Of a stretch of DNA of 64,000 nt, positions 8,967 through 20,311 are shown piece after piece; position 1 is the first letter of the stretch; each line of letters starts with the position of its first letter. The notes under the pieces were generated by a model that was not told the origin of the DNA, made no database searches, and saw nothing but the letters and a program-made list of their open reading frames with translations. The DNA comes from Thermoanaerobaculia bacterium. GTDB taxonomy: Bacteria; Acidobacteriota; Thermoanaerobaculia; UBA5066. Made by a program: the position numbers and the translations under genes. Location: contig CAWFJJ010000005.1 in the NCBI GenBank assembly GCA_963816185.1, positions 96,001-160,000 on the forward strand, read 5' to 3'.

Positions 8967-10597
8967 AGCTCTCGACGCTTGCCTCGGATCTCGCGAACCG
9001 GCGCTCCGGCGCCCCCGGGGACCCCGACATCCTCTCCGTCACGCACGACTCGCGCGCCGCGAAGGCCGGATCGCTGTTCGCCGCATTCCCCGGCCTGAAA
9101 TCCGACGGCCGCCTATTCGTGGCCGACGCGGTCTCGCGCGGCGCCGTCGCGGCGCTCGGGCTCGCACCCGCACCCGATGCCACGGCCGTGCCGTACCTCG
9201 AGGTCGAGAACCCCCGGCGCTCGGCGGGTCTCGTGGCTTCGCGGCTCGCGGGCCGGCCGTCGGAGCGGCTCGCGATGGCGGGTGTGACCGGCACGAGCGG
9301 CAAGACGACGACGACGTACCTCCTCGACGGAATTCTCGCTCTCCGCCATCCGAAGCGCGGTTTCTTCGGGACGATCGTCTACCGCGGCGGCGGCTCGGCG
9401 ATTCCGGCGCCGCACACGACGCCGGAGGCCACGGAGCTGCAGCCGATGCTCGCGGCGCTCGTCGCGGAGGGCGGCACGGCCGCGATCCTGGAGTGCTCCT
9501 CGCATGCGCTCGTCCTCGAACGCCTCGCAGGGTGCTCGTTCGACGTCGCGATCTTCCTCAATCTCTCGCGGGATCATCTGGACTTCCACGGCGACATGGA
9601 CGATTACTTCGAGGCGAAGTCCCGCCTCTTCTCGATGCTCAAACCGGAGGGGAAGGCGGTCGTCAACCTCGGAGACGCGTACGGGCGGAAGCTCGCGAGC
9701 CGGCTGGTCGCCAAGGGAACCGTTGGATTTCTCTTAGAAGGTGAAGAGGGGACGGAGCAGACCAGGCCGGCGGCGCTTGCGGGGGCCGTGGCGCTGGCGG
9801 CGGCGGCTGCAGGGGAGACGAGCCTCTTCGCGACGGTTCTCGGCCGCGCGACGCTCGGTCTCGACGGAACGCGGCTCGAGATCGAGGTCAAGACCCCATT
9901 CCCCTTCGAAGAAAAAACAAACGTGACGCAAACCCCACTGAAGCGTGAAAGAACAGCCGAGTCTGGAGCCCTATTGACAATAGATTCCCCTCTTCTTGGA
10001 AGGTCGAATGCCGAGAACCTGCTGGCGGCTGCCGCCGCCGGCGTCGCGCTCGGCCTCTCGCCCGCCGAGATCAAGGCGGGTCTCGAGTCCGTGACGAGCG
10101 TGCCGGGGCGACTCGAGCGAATCGAGAACACGTGCGGATTCACGGTCCTCGTGGACTATGCCCACAAGCCCGCCGCCCTCGAGGGCGTGCTCAAGACGGT
10201 GAGACCGATCGCGGCGGCGGGAGGCGGCCGCCTGATCGCCGTGTTCGGGTGCGGCGGCGACCGCGACAAGGGGAAGCGCCCGGAGATGGGCCGCATTGCG
10301 GCGTTACTCGCCGACGAGGTCGTCGTGACGTCCGACAACCCGCGGTCGGAGGAGCCCGAGGCGATCCTCCGCGACGTGCGCGCGGGCGTCGAGGCGGCCG
10401 GAAAGACTGCGCATTACGTGACGGACCGCCGCGCGGCGATCGCCGCGGCTTTCGCACTTGCGCGGGTGGGGGACGTCGTCCTCGTGGCGGGCAAGGGGCA
10501 CGAGACGAGTCAGATCGCGGGCGGTCTGGAGCTGCCGTTCGACGACCGCCTCGTCGCGAAAGAGCTTCTCGAAAGTCATGAAACGGCGGCGCGATGA
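8963..10597 (+). CDS. murE: UDP-MurNAc-tripeptide synthetase (meso-DAP type)
   Basis: [42 protein letters not shown] (DAP motif), GKGHE. Confidence 0.96.
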   Translation: MKLSTLASDLANRRSGAPGDPDILSVTHDSRAAKAGSLFAAFPGLKSDGRLFVADAVSRGAVAALGLAPAPDATAVPYLEVENPRRSAGLVASRLAGRPSERLAMAGVTGTSGKTTTTYLLDGILALRHPKRGFFGTIVYRGGGSAIPAPHTTPEATELQPMLAALVAEGGTAAILECSSHALVLERLAGCSFDVAIFLNLSRDHLDFHGDMDDYFEAKSRLFSMLKPEGKAVVNLGDAYGRKLASRLVAKGTVGFLLEGEEGTEQTRPAALAGAVALAAAAAGETSLFATVLGRATLGLDGTRLEIEVKTPFPFEEKTNVTQTPLKRERTAESGALLTIDSPLLGRSNAENLLAAAAAGVALGLSPAEIKAGLESVTSVPGRLERIENTCGFTVLVDYAHKPAALEGVLKTVRPIAAAGGGRLIAVFGCGGDRDKGKRPEMGRIAALLADEVVVTSDNPRSEEPEAILRDVRAGVEAAGKTAHYVTDRRAAIAAAFALARVGDVVLVAGKGHETSQIAGGLELPFDDRLVAKELLESHETAAR

Positions 10598-11679
10598 TCC
10601 TCTGGCTGCTCTACCCGCTGCACGGTCGGCTGCCGCTCTTCAATGTTTTCCGGTACATCACGTTCCGGGCAGCGAACGCGGCTCTCATGGCGCTTCTCCT
10701 GTCGATCTTCCTCGGGCCCGCCCTCATCCGCTGGCTACGCGCGAGGCAGATCGGCCAGTCCATCCGCGAGGACGGACCGAAGGGCCATCAGGTGAAAGCG
10801 GGCACGCCCACGATGGGCGGCGTCCTGATCAATCTGGCGATCGTCGTGCCCACGCTCGTGTTCGCCGACCTTTCGAATCGCTACGTATGGGTCGCCCTCG
10901 GCGCGACCGTCCTCGCCATGCTCATCGGCATCGGCGACGACTGGCGCAAGGTGTCGCGCAAGAACAACCGCGGCCTCTCGGGCCGGCAGAAGCTGGCCCT
11001 GCAAACCGCGATCGGGCTCGGCGTGGCGTGGGCGTCCGTGAAGCTCTTCGAAGCGCGCGCGGACGCCACGCAGATCGCCCTGCCGTTCCTGAAGAACGTC
11101 CACCCCGACCTCGGCCTTCTCTACATCCTCTTCGCGGCGGTCGTCGTCGTGGGCTCGTCGAACGCCGTGAACCTCACGGACGGCCTTGACGGGCTCGCGA
11201 TCGGCGCGACGCTCATCGCATCGGCCACGTTCGCGATCCTCGCGTACATCGCCGGGAACGCGAAGGCCGCGGGCTACCTCCTCGTGCCGTCCGTTCCCGG
11301 AACGGGCGAGCTCGCGGTCTTCTGCGCCGCGATCGTGGGCGCCTCGCTCGGCTTCCTCTGGTTCAACGCGTACCCGGCCGAGGTCTTCATGGGCGACACG
11401 GGCTCGCTCGCGCTCGGGGCCGCGCTCGGAACGGTCGCCGTCCTCATCAAGCAGGAGATCCTGCTCGTCCTCGTGGGCGGGCTCTTCGTCGTCGAAGCCG
11501 CTTCGGTGATCCTGCAGGTCGGCTCTTTCAAGATGCGGGGCAAGCGCATCTTTCGGATGGCGCCCCTCCACCACCACTTCGAGCTCGCCGGATGGCCGGA
11601 GTCGAAGGTCATCATCCGGTTCTGGATCGTGGCGATCCTCTTCGCGCTCTTCGCGCTTTCCACGCTGAAGCTCCGATGA
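10594..11679 (+). CDS. mraY: Phospho-MurNAc-pentapeptide transferase
   Basis: [36 protein letters not shown]. Confidence 0.98.
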   Translation: MILWLLYPLHGRLPLFNVFRYITFRAANAALMALLLSIFLGPALIRWLRARQIGQSIREDGPKGHQVKAGTPTMGGVLINLAIVVPTLVFADLSNRYVWVALGATVLAMLIGIGDDWRKVSRKNNRGLSGRQKLALQTAIGLGVAWASVKLFEARADATQIALPFLKNVHPDLGLLYILFAAVVVVGSSNAVNLTDGLDGLAIGATLIASATFAILAYIAGNAKAAGYLLVPSVPGTGELAVFCAAIVGASLGFLWFNAYPAEVFMGDTGSLALGAALGTVAVLIKQEILLVLVGGLFVVEAASVILQVGSFKMRGKRIFRMAPLHHHFELAGWPESKVIIRFWIVAILFALFALSTLKLR

Positions 11680-13079
11680 CGCTCTCGCTCGGACCCGACC
11701 TGCCCGAGATCCGCTCCGCGGCGGTCTTCGGACTCGCTCGCTCGGGCCGTGCCGCGGTGGCGGCGCTCGCCGAGCGCGGAGTCGAGGTGATCGGGACGGA
11801 CGCGAAGGCCGACCTCGAAGGCCTCACCGAATGCCCCGGCGTGAGGTACGTCCTGGGCGGGCATCCCGAGTCGCTCCTCGACGGCATCGACCTCGTCGTC
11901 GTGTCGCCCGGAATTCCGCTGACGCTGCCCGTCTTCGACGCCGCGCGGGCACGCGCGCTTCCCGTCGTGGCGGAGATCGAGCTGGCCTCGCGCCTCTTGC
12001 CAGGCGTGGTCGTCGGCGTCACGGGCACGAACGGAAAGTCCACGACCACGGCGCTCGCCGCCGCGCTCCTGAAGAGTGCCGGCCATTACGCGGTGGCCTG
12101 CGGCAACTTCGGGACGCCATGGATTCACTTCGCGACGAAGGAGGGGGCGAACGGGAATGGCACCGTGCCGCGCACGTGGGTCGTCGAGCTGTCGTCCTTC
12201 CAGCTCGAGGGCATCCGGCGGTTCGCGCCCGACGTGGCGGTTCATCTGAACCTCACCCCCGATCACCTCGACCGTTACCGCTCGATGGACGACTACGGCG
12301 CGGCCAAGGCGCGCATCTTCGAGAATCAGCGCGAGGCTCAGGTCGCCGTCCTGAACGCGGACGACCCGCTCGTCGCACGCGTGAGGCCTCGCGCACGGCG
12401 CCTCGCGTTCTCGCGGCTCTGCTCGCCGGGGATGGGCGCCTGGGTCGCCGACGACCTGTTTCTCGCGGACGTGACGGGCAAGGGCCCGCGGATCGTCGCG
12501 AAGCGATCCGATCTCGCGCTGCCGGGTGCGCACAACGTCGAAAACGCGCTCGCGGCTCTCGCGGCGACACTGCCGCTCGGCGTCACGCCCGAAGCCGCCG
12601 TCGAGACGCTGCGCACGTTCCGGGGCCTGCCTCATCGCACGGCGCTCGTGCGCACGGTGAGCGGCGTCAGCTACTGGAACGACTCGAAGGGCACGAACGT
12701 GGACGCGACGCTGAAGAGCCTCGAGGGATTCGAGGACCACAGGGTACACCTCATCCTCGGCGGGAAGGACAAGGGCGACGACTTCAGGCGACTCGGCCCG
12801 CTCGCGGCGCGGAAGGCCCGGAAGATCCTGGCCATCGGCAAGGCGGCGCCCACGATCGCGCAGGCGCTCGGAAGCCTGCCCGGCGTCGCCCTCGAAGTCG
12901 TCGGGACGCTCGAGAAGGCGATCGAGGACGCCGCGGCCCACGCGGAGCCGGGAGACGCCGTGCTCCTCTCGCCGGCGTGCGCCTCGCTCGACCAGTTCCG
13001 CAACTTCGAGCATCGCGGCGAGGTGTTCGAAGCGCTCGTGAGAGCGCTCCCCGAGCGGGCCGCGGCGGGGAAACGCTGA
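11676..13079 (+). CDS. murD: UDP-MurNAc-L-Ala:D-Glu ligase
   Basis: [38 protein letters not shown]; ATGA overlap with mraY. Confidence 0.96.
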   Translation: MTLSLGPDLPEIRSAAVFGLARSGRAAVAALAERGVEVIGTDAKADLEGLTECPGVRYVLGGHPESLLDGIDLVVVSPGIPLTLPVFDAARARALPVVAEIELASRLLPGVVVGVTGTNGKSTTTALAAALLKSAGHYAVACGNFGTPWIHFATKEGANGNGTVPRTWVVELSSFQLEGIRRFAPDVAVHLNLTPDHLDRYRSMDDYGAAKARIFENQREAQVAVLNADDPLVARVRPRARRLAFSRLCSPGMGAWVADDLFLADVTGKGPRIVAKRSDLALPGAHNVENALAALAATLPLGVTPEAAVETLRTFRGLPHRTALVRTVSGVSYWNDSKGTNVDATLKSLEGFEDHRVHLILGGKDKGDDFRRLGPLAARKARKILAIGKAAPTIAQALGSLPGVALEVVGTLEKAIEDAAAHAEPGDAVLLSPACASLDQFRNFEHRGEVFEALVRALPERAAAGKR

Positions 13080-14185
13080 TGGCCCGGAAGCTGGCCTTCG
13101 ATCGCCTTCTCTTCGGGTCCGTCGTGCTCCTCGTGTTCCTGGGCCTGCTCATGATCTACAGCGCCTCGGCAATGCAGATCTACCTGCCGACGTCCGCGGC
13201 CCCGGCCGGGGCATATTTCTTCGTGATCAAGCAGACGATCGCCGTCGCCGTCGGCGGGGTCCTCGCATTCCTGGTGATGTCGATCGACTACCGCCGCCTG
13301 AACGACCCGCGCCTCATCGTCGCCCTGCTCGTCCTTCTCACGGGTGCCCTCGTCGCGGTGCTCCTTCGGGCCCCCGTAAACGGCGCGCGGCGTTGGCTGT
13401 CGTTCGGGATCGTCAAATCGATTCAGCCGTCGGAATTCGCGAAGATCGGCCTCGTCATCGCGCTCGCGGCGCTGCTGACGCGGCGGGAGCGGGAGATCAC
13501 GCACCCGACGCGGACCCTGCTTCCGATCCTCGGGCTCGTCTCCCTCTTCGCGGGGCTCGTCCTCCTCGAACCCGACTTCGGCACCGCCCTCACGTACTTC
13601 GTGATCGCCGGTGCGATGCTCTTTTTCGCAGGCTTGCCGCTGAAGTATTTTCTCGGCTCGGCGCTGCTCCTCGTGCCCACGCTCTCGGCGTTCGTGTGGA
13701 CGGCGCAATATCGGCGCGACCGTCTCCTCGCATTCCTGCACCCCGAGGCGGACCCTCTCGGCCGGGGTTTTCACGCGATCCAGTCGCTCATCGCCGTCGG
13801 CACGGGCGGCGTCACGGGTCTCGGCCTCGGGCACGGCAAGCAGAAGCTCTTCTTCCTGCCCTATCCGTACACGGACTTCATCTATGCGATCGTGGGCGAG
13901 GAGCTTGGGCTCATCGGCTGCGCCGCCGTCCTCGCGCTGTTCGGCTTCCTCTTCGCCCGAGGCGTCCGTGCCGCCGCGAATGCCCCCGACTCGTTCGGGA
14001 GGCTTCTGGGGATCGGCTTTTCCGTGATGATCGTCGTGCAGGCGCTCACGAACATCTCCGTCGTCCTTTCGCTCCTGCCCACGAAGGGAATCCCGCTGCC
14101 GTTCCTCTCGTACGGCGGGTCGGCGCTCTTCGCCGACCTCCTCGCGGTCGGGATCCTCCTCAACCTCTCGCAACACGCGTCATGA
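13079..14185 (+). CDS. ftsW: SEDS peptidoglycan polymerase FtsW
   Basis: NGARRW, QPSEFAK, EPDFGT, TDFIYAIVGEELG, PFLSYGGS. Confidence 0.96.
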   Translation: MARKLAFDRLLFGSVVLLVFLGLLMIYSASAMQIYLPTSAAPAGAYFFVIKQTIAVAVGGVLAFLVMSIDYRRLNDPRLIVALLVLLTGALVAVLLRAPVNGARRWLSFGIVKSIQPSEFAKIGLVIALAALLTRREREITHPTRTLLPILGLVSLFAGLVLLEPDFGTALTYFVIAGAMLFFAGLPLKYFLGSALLLVPTLSAFVWTAQYRRDRLLAFLHPEADPLGRGFHAIQSLIAVGTGGVTGLGLGHGKQKLFFLPYPYTDFIYAIVGEELGLIGCAAVLALFGFLFARGVRAAANAPDSFGRLLGIGFSVMIVVQALTNISVVLSLLPTKGIPLPFLSYGGSALFADLLAVGILLNLSQHAS

Positions 14186-15279
14186 CCGAGCGCGGCTTTC
14201 TCATCGCGGGCGGAGGGACGGGCGGGCACGTGTTCCCCGCGCTCGCCCTGGCTGGCGAGATCCGGCGGCGGCGTCCGGGCGCGTCCGTCGTGTTCGTGGG
14301 CACGGCGCGCGGGCTCGAGACGACTCTCGTCCCGAAGGCCGGCTTTCCCCTCGAGCTGATCCGCGCGAAGGGCCTCGTGGGCAAAGGCTGGCGCGCACGC
14401 CTCGACGGGCTCCTCGCGCTGCCTTTGGCGTTCGTCGATTCGCTGCGCCTTCTCGCGCGGCACGCCCCACGCGCCGTCGTGGGCGTCGGAGGCTATGCCT
14501 CGGGCCCGCTCGTGGCCACGGCGTGGGCTCGCCGTGTGCCGACGCTGATTCACGAGCAGAACGCGGTTCCCGGCCTCACGAACCGCCTGCTCGCGCGCGT
14601 GGCGAAACGCGTCGCGGTCGGCAACGCCCGCGGGGCCACCGCGCTGCCCGGAGCGATCGTGACGGGCAATCCGGTCCGAAAGGATTTCTTCGAGATCCCC
14701 TCCCTCGTCTCACGGGAAAGAGATCGCCGTTTCCGGCTTCTCGTCGTCGGCGGCAGCCAGGGCGCACAGATCCTGAATCGCCTCGTGCCGCCCGCGCTCG
14801 CGCGGGTCGCCGCGGCGGGGGTCGCGTTCGACGTCGTGCACCAGGCTGGAAAGGACCGCGCCGGCGAGGTCGTGACGTCGTACGCGAGGCTCGGCCTTCC
14901 GGCCGACCGCACGTTCGTCCACGAGTTTCTCGACGACATGGCCGCCGCGTACGCGGCCGCGGATCTCGTCGTCGCGCGCGCGGGCGCGATGACGATCGCG
15001 GAGATCGCGGCGGCCGGCCGCCCCGCGCTCCTCGTCCCGTTCGCGGCCGCGACGCACGCCCATCAGGAGGCGAACGCCCGCGCGCTCGAGGCGATGGGCG
15101 CGGCCGTGGTTCTCAAGGAGGCCGAAGCGACGGAGGAGGCTCTCGCGGCGGCGCTCGCGGGCCTTCTGGGCGATCCTCTGCGTCTTCTCGAGATGGGCGA
15201 GTCCGCGCGCCGCTCGGCTCATCCGGACGCGGCCTCGCGGCTGTGCGATTTGGTGTTCGAAGTCGAGGCGAAGTCGTGA
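14182..15279 (+). CDS. murG: Lipid II GlcNAc transferase
   Basis: GGGTGGHVFP, GGYASGP, HEQN, GNPVR, GGSQGA, HQEANA. Confidence 0.97.
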   Translation: MTERGFLIAGGGTGGHVFPALALAGEIRRRRPGASVVFVGTARGLETTLVPKAGFPLELIRAKGLVGKGWRARLDGLLALPLAFVDSLRLLARHAPRAVVGVGGYASGPLVATAWARRVPTLIHEQNAVPGLTNRLLARVAKRVAVGNARGATALPGAIVTGNPVRKDFFEIPSLVSRERDRRFRLLVVGGSQGAQILNRLVPPALARVAAAGVAFDVVHQAGKDRAGEVVTSYARLGLPADRTFVHEFLDDMAAAYAAADLVVARAGAMTIAEIAAAGRPALLVPFAAATHAHQEANARALEAMGAAVVLKEAEATEEALAAALAGLLGDPLRLLEMGESARRSAHPDAASRLCDLVFEVEAKS

Positions 15280-16721
15280 ATTTCCTGAGGGTGAAGCGCC
15301 TTCATTTCGTGGGGATCGGCGGCATCGGGATGAGCGGCCTCGCCGAGCTCTTGAAGAGCGTCGGGCTCGAGGTGACCGGGTCGGACCTCTCGCTCGGAGA
15401 GACCACGATGCGTTTGAAGAGCCTCGGCATCCAGGTGCATCAGGGTCACCGCGCGGAAAACACGGCCGGCGCCGACGTCGTCATCTATTCGAGCGCGGTC
15501 AACGAGAGCAACGCGGAGGTCGCCGCCGCGCGGTCCGCCGGCATTCCCGTCATCAAGAGGGCCGAGATGCTCGCGGAAGTCATGCGCGTCAAGAGGGGAA
15601 TCGCGATCTCGGGCGCGCACGGCAAGACGACGACGACGTCCATGACCGGCGCGATCCTGATGGCGGCGGGCCTCGACCCCACGATCATCGTCGGCGGCCG
15701 CATGCGCGAAGTCGGCACGGCCCGGCTCGGACGCGGGGAATACCTCGTGGCCGAAGCCGACGAGTTCGACCGGTCGTTCCTGGCGCTCTCGCCGATGCTC
15801 GCGGTCGTCAACAACATCGACCTCGAGCACCTCGACACCTACCGCGACCTCGCGGACATCCAGGAGACGTTCGCACGCTTCGCGCGAAGCGTGCCGTTCT
15901 TCGGCGCCGCGATCCTCGGCCTGGACGATCCGAACGTGCAGGAGATCCGGCCTCTCATCTCGCGCCGTGTCGTGACGTTCGGCCTGACGCCTCAGGCCGA
16001 CGTGACCGTGCGGGACCTCGCTCTGGAGCGGACGGGCTCGCGGTTCGTCGCGACCGCGGGCCGCGAGTTCATGGGGCCCGTCGCGCTCAAGGTGCCGGGC
16101 CTCCATAACGTGAAGAACGCGCTCGCCGCGCTCGCCGTCGCGCGGGAGCTGTCGATTCCGTTCGGGATCGCCTCCCGCGCGCTCGAGGATTTCGCGGGCG
16201 TGATCCGGCGCTTCGAGAAAAAGGGCGAGACGGGCGGCATCATCGTGGTCGACGACTACGCGCACCACCCGACGGAGGTCGCCGCGACGCTCGCAGCCGC
16301 CCGCCAGTCGTACCCGGACCGGCGCATCGTCGCGCTCTTCCAGCCTCATCTCTATTCCCGTACGAAGGACTTCGCGGCGAACTTCGGGGCGGTATTTCTG
16401 AACGCGGACGTCCTCCTCGTGGCCCCGGTCTACGGCTCGCGGGAGGCGCCGCGCGAGGGTGTGACGGGCGCCCTCGTGGCCGACGCGGCGACGGCGCGCG
16501 GGCATCGGGCCGCGCGCTTCGTCGCCGACCGCGCGGACATCGGACGCGTTCTCGAGGAGGAATTGAAAGAGGGAGATCTTCTGCTCACGATGGGGGCCGG
16601 AGACGTGAATCAGTTCGGTGAAGAATTTCTTAGAAGGAAAGAGAACGCAGGTAACGTCACCGCGCAGCCGGCCGCCGCCGCGCAACCATCACACACCCCT
16701 TCTAAGAAATCCGAACCATGA
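15276..16721 (+). CDS. murC: UDP-MurNAc:L-Ala ligase
   Basis: HFVGIGGIGMSG, GAHGKTTTT, EADEFD, DDYAHHPTE, FQPHLYSRT, TMGAGD; extra C-terminal tail. Confidence 0.97.
   Translation: MNFLRVKRLHFVGIGGIGMSGLAELLKSVGLEVTGSDLSLGETTMRLKSLGIQVHQGHRAENTAGADVVIYSSAVNESNAEVAAARSAGIPVIKRAEMLAEVMRVKRGIAISGAHGKTTTTSMTGAILMAAGLDPTIIVGGRMREVGTARLGRGEYLVAEADEFDRSFLALSPMLAVVNNIDLEHLDTYRDLADIQETFARFARSVPFFGAAILGLDDPNVQEIRPLISRRVVTFGLTPQADVTVRDLALERTGSRFVATAGREFMGPVALKVPGLHNVKNALAALAVARELSIPFGIASRALEDFAGVIRRFEKKGETGGIIVVDDYAHHPTEVAATLAAARQSYPDRRIVALFQPHLYSRTKDFAANFGAVFLNADVLLVAPVYGSREAPREGVTGALVADAATARGHRAARFVADRADIGRVLEEELKEGDLLLTMGAGDVNQFGEEFLRRKENAGNVTAQPAAAAQPSHTPSKKSEP
16625..16710. repeat. 86-bp segment bounded by a perfect 13-bp inverted repeat inside the murC 3' end
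   Basis: ATTTCTTAGAAGG (16625-16637) and CCTTCTAAGAAAT (16698-16710). Confidence 0.75.
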
Positions 16722-17527
16722 GCTCCTTCTACCGCCTCCCCGCCTCCCGCACCGTGCGCCCCATGCGGCGCCGCGCGGGACGGCAACTCCTCGTCCCGGG
16801 CGTGGTTTCGCTCGTCCTCGTGGTCCTCGGTCTTTCCGGCCTTCTCCTCTTGCGGACGCACCCTCGTTTCGCCGTGAATCGCGTCGTCCTCGAGGGCGTG
16901 CCTGAGGCGCGGCGATCCGAGGCGGAGGAGCTGACGGACGGCTGGATCGGACGCCCACTCCTCTTTCTGGATCTGGACGGGCCGGTGGCGGAGCTCTCGA
17001 AGCGCTCGTGGGTCGCGTCGGCGACGGCGCGCCGCATCGTGCCGGACACGATCGCCGTGCACGTCGTAGCGCGGCCGCCCGTCGCGCTCGTGGCGCGCGC
17101 CGACAGGGACGGCGAGCTGTGGACGATCGACCGCGGGGGCAGCTTCATCGGCCCCTATACGGGCCGCGCGCTCTCGAAGAGCGACGACTTCGTGGTCCTC
17201 TCCGGCGCATCCGACGCGGCAGCGCTCGGGCGCGGCGCGAAGTTCCTCGAGGCCCTTCGGAAAGAGGATCCCGAGCTCCTCGCGCGCGTGTCCGGCGTCG
17301 TCCTCGTGCCCGAAGGCTTTGCCGTGACGGACCGCGTCGCCAAGGCCCGCCTCCTGTTCGGGCCCGACGCCGCCGAGCCGCAGCGCGCCGCGCCGCTGTG
17401 GCGCGCGTTCCTCGCGCTTCGTCCCGAGCTCGACCGCAACTCCCTGCCCGCGACCGAGGCGGACCTTCGCTTTTCGGGACGCATCGTATTGAAAGCGCCC
17501 GGCGACACCGGGCACGGGAAGACCTGA
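16718..17527 (+). CDS. ftsQ: Cell division protein FtsQ/DivIB
   Basis: TM helix plus POTRA domain (WVASATARRIVPDTIAVHV), C-terminal DLRF; directly upstream of ftsA. Confidence 0.85.
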   Translation: MSSFYRLPASRTVRPMRRRAGRQLLVPGVVSLVLVVLGLSGLLLLRTHPRFAVNRVVLEGVPEARRSEAEELTDGWIGRPLLFLDLDGPVAELSKRSWVASATARRIVPDTIAVHVVARPPVALVARADRDGELWTIDRGGSFIGPYTGRALSKSDDFVVLSGASDAAALGRGAKFLEALRKEDPELLARVSGVVLVPEGFAVTDRVAKARLLFGPDAAEPQRAAPLWRAFLALRPELDRNSLPATEADLRFSGRIVLKAPGDTGHGKT

Positions 17528-17536
17528 GGGGACTGG

Positions 17537-18784
17537 ATGCCGAAACCCGCTTCGTACCTCGTCAGCCTCGACATCGGATCGACGAAAGTCTGCGCCCTCA
17601 TCGCCGAGCCGGATGCGACGGGGCGCATCGACATCATCGGCAAGGGCACGGCCGCGCACAAGGGCGCGCGCAAGGGCGCCATCATCGACGTGCCCGTCAC
17701 GGTCGACGCGATCAAACGCGCGACGGAGGAAGCCGAGATCATGGCCGGCGCGCAGATCGAGCGTGCGGTCGTGGGCGTCGCCGGGCCGGCCGTCAAGTCG
17801 TTCAACAGCCGTCAGGTCGTCGCCGTGGCCGCGAAGAATCGCGAGATCACGCGCGAGGACATCCAGCGCTCGCTCGACGCGGCGCGCTCGGTGCCGATTC
17901 CCTCGGAGTTCGAGATCCTCCACGTCCTCCCGCGCGAGTTCGTCGTGGACGGCCAGGACGGGGTCGCCGACCCGCTCGGCATGGTGGGCAGCCGGCTCGA
18001 GGCCGACGTCCACGTCGTCACGGTGCCTGTCGCCACGACGCAGAACCTCCTGAACTGCGTGAACCGTGCCGGCGTCGAGGTGATCGAGATGGTGCTCGAG
18101 CCGCTCGCGGCGAGCGAGGCGGTGCTGACGCCGGACGAGCGCGAGCTGGGCGTCGTCCTCGCCGACATCGGTGGCGGGACGACGGAGGTCGCCGTCTGGC
18201 GCCACGGAGCGCTCGCGCACACGTCCGTCCTGCCCGTGGGCGGGGACCACTTCACGAACGACCTCGCGGTCGTCCTGAAGACCCCTGTGCCCGACGCCGA
18301 GCGGCTCAAACGCAAGTTCGGCGCGGCAATGGCCGCGCTCGTCGCAGAAAGCGAGTCGCTCGACGTGCCGCTCACGGGCGGGCGCGGCGTCCATCCCGTC
18401 AAGCGGCGCGAGATCGCCGAGATCCTCCAGCCGCGCGCCGAGGAGCTTCTCACGCTCCTCTGGGAGGAGTCGGTCCGGGAGGTTCCGGCGGGCGAGCTGC
18501 GCGCCGGACTCGTTCTCACGGGGGGCGGCGCCGAGCTGGACGGCCTCCTGGAGGTCGCCGAGCAGGTCCTCGGAGTGGCCGTACGCCGCGGCGTGCCGCG
18601 CGGCCTCGGAGGATTGACGGACGTCATCGCCTCGCCGGAGTGGGCCTGTGCGGCGGGTCTCCTGCTCTATGGCCGCGGCAGCGCCGCCGCGTCGAAGAAG
18701 CGCTCGCGCCCTGCCGGTCCTGGACTTTTCGAGAAGCTCAAAGGCTCCCTCAAGAACTTATTCCCCGCGTCCACCGCTCTGTGA
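17537..18784 (+). CDS. ftsA: Cell division protein FtsA
   Basis: [31 protein letters not shown]-terminal amphipathic helix. Confidence 0.97.
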   Translation: MPKPASYLVSLDIGSTKVCALIAEPDATGRIDIIGKGTAAHKGARKGAIIDVPVTVDAIKRATEEAEIMAGAQIERAVVGVAGPAVKSFNSRQVVAVAAKNREITREDIQRSLDAARSVPIPSEFEILHVLPREFVVDGQDGVADPLGMVGSRLEADVHVVTVPVATTQNLLNCVNRAGVEVIEMVLEPLAASEAVLTPDERELGVVLADIGGGTTEVAVWRHGALAHTSVLPVGGDHFTNDLAVVLKTPVPDAERLKRKFGAAMAALVAESESLDVPLTGGRGVHPVKRREIAEILQPRAEELLTLLWEESVREVPAGELRAGLVLTGGGAELDGLLEVAEQVLGVAVRRGVPRGLGGLTDVIASPEWACAAGLLLYGRGSAAASKKRSRPAGPGLFEKLKGSLKNLFPASTAL

Positions 18785-18803
18785 TATCGATGGAGGAAAG
18801 AAC

Positions 18804-20012
18804 ATGATCCTTTTCGACGACGAGCCCCGTCCGTCGCTCCCGATCTCCCTGAACGACGAGGTTCCTCCTCCCGCCAAGATCAAGGTCGTGGGCGTGGGCG
18901 GGGGCGGCGGCAACGCCGTCAACCGCATGATCCAGGCCGGCATCAAGGGGATCGACTTCGTGGCCGCGAATACCGACCTCCAGGTGCTCCGGGTGAACCG
19001 GGCCGCAACGAAGCTGCAGCTCGGCCTCACGACGTCGCGAGGCATGGGCGCGGGATCGAACCCCGACGTCGGCCGCAATGCCGCGCTCGAGGACGCCGAG
19101 AGAATCACGCAAGTCCTCTCGGGCTCGGACATGGTCTTCGTGACGGCGGGCATGGGGGGCGGGACGGGCACAGGGGCGGCTCCGGTCGTGGCGCGGCTCG
19201 CGTCCGAGGCGGGCGCGCTCGTCGTCGCCATCGTGTCGAAGCCGTTCGCCTTCGAAGGGCGGCGGAAGCTGCGCTACGCCGAGGACGGCATCGCCGAGCT
19301 GCGCGAGTACGTCGACACGCTCATCACGATCCCGAACGAGCGACTCTACTCGTTCGTGGAGCGGAACGTGACGACCTGGGAGGCGTTCCGCATCGCGGAC
19401 GACGTGCTCCGGCAGGCCGTGCAGGGCATCAGCGACCTCATCACGGTACCCGGCGTCGTGAACCTCGACTTCGCCGACGTGAAGACGGTCATGGAGAACA
19501 TGGGCATGGCCCTCATGGGCACGGGCACCGCGTCGGGCGAGCACCGGGCCGTCGAGGCCGCGCAGCGCGCGATCTCGAACCCGCTCCTCGAAGAGCAGTC
19601 CATCCAGGGCGCGCGCGCCATCCTCATCAACGTGACCGGCGGCGACGACCTCACGCTCGCCGAGGTGAACGAGGCGTGCGCGATCATCCAGCAGGCGGCG
19701 GACGAGGAGGCGAACGTGATCTTCGGCCTCGTGATGGACAAGGACATGAAGGACGAGGTGAAGATCAGCGTCATCGCGACCGGGTTCGACGCTCCGGCGG
19801 CTCTCGCCTCGCGCCGCGAGGTGTCGCTCCCCGTCACGCCGAGCGGCGCGCGGCCGGCGGCCGAGAGGGAGCGCGAGCGCGAACGCGCGCGCACGGCTCC
19901 GGACACACCGATTCCGGAAGACCAGGGCTACGGCGTGAACCTGATCAACGTGCGCGACCCGCGCGAGGACATCTTCGACATCCCCACGTTCCTCCGCCGT
20001 CAGATGGACTGA
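18804..20012 (+). CDS. ftsZ: Cell division GTPase FtsZ
   Basis: [33 protein letters not shown]-terminal [11 protein letters not shown]; SD GGAGG. Confidence 0.99.
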   Translation: MILFDDEPRPSLPISLNDEVPPPAKIKVVGVGGGGGNAVNRMIQAGIKGIDFVAANTDLQVLRVNRAATKLQLGLTTSRGMGAGSNPDVGRNAALEDAERITQVLSGSDMVFVTAGMGGGTGTGAAPVVARLASEAGALVVAIVSKPFAFEGRRKLRYAEDGIAELREYVDTLITIPNERLYSFVERNVTTWEAFRIADDVLRQAVQGISDLITVPGVVNLDFADVKTVMENMGMALMGTGTASGEHRAVEAAQRAISNPLLEEQSIQGARAILINVTGGDDLTLAEVNEACAIIQQAADEEANVIFGLVMDKDMKDEVKISVIATGFDAPAALASRREVSLPVTPSGARPAAERERERERARTAPDTPIPEDQGYGVNLINVRDPREDIFDIPTFLRRQMD

Positions 20013-20311
20013 AGCGCCTTCGCCTTGCGCGCTCGTCGGCGCGCCCTCAGCCAGGCGCGCACCTTCAGCCACGTGCGCTCGAACTTCGGGTTGCTCTGGC
20101 GGAAGCGTCTCACCTTGCGCTGCACCCACCGGCTCTCCACGTAGAGGATCGCGGCGCCCGCGACTCCGAAAGGCCAGCCCTGGATCACGGGAAGAAGGCC
20201 TCCGATGATCCCGAGGGAGAGGAGACACCAGCCGAGCGTGAGGAGCGCGACCCGCACGAGCCGGCTGCGCCGCTTCGCGAGGCCGCGCGGCGGGGCCTGT
20301 CGCGTGCTCAT
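20000..20311 (-). CDS. Small membrane protein, PGPGW-like family
   Basis: Two TM segments around LPVIQGWP; basic C-terminal tail; overlaps the stop of the upstream gene. Confidence 0.6.
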   Translation of the reverse strand: MSTRQAPPRGLAKRRSRLVRVALLTLGWCLLSLGIIGGLLPVIQGWPFGVAGAAILYVESRWVQRKVRRFRQSNPKFERTWLKVRAWLRARRRARKAKALQSI

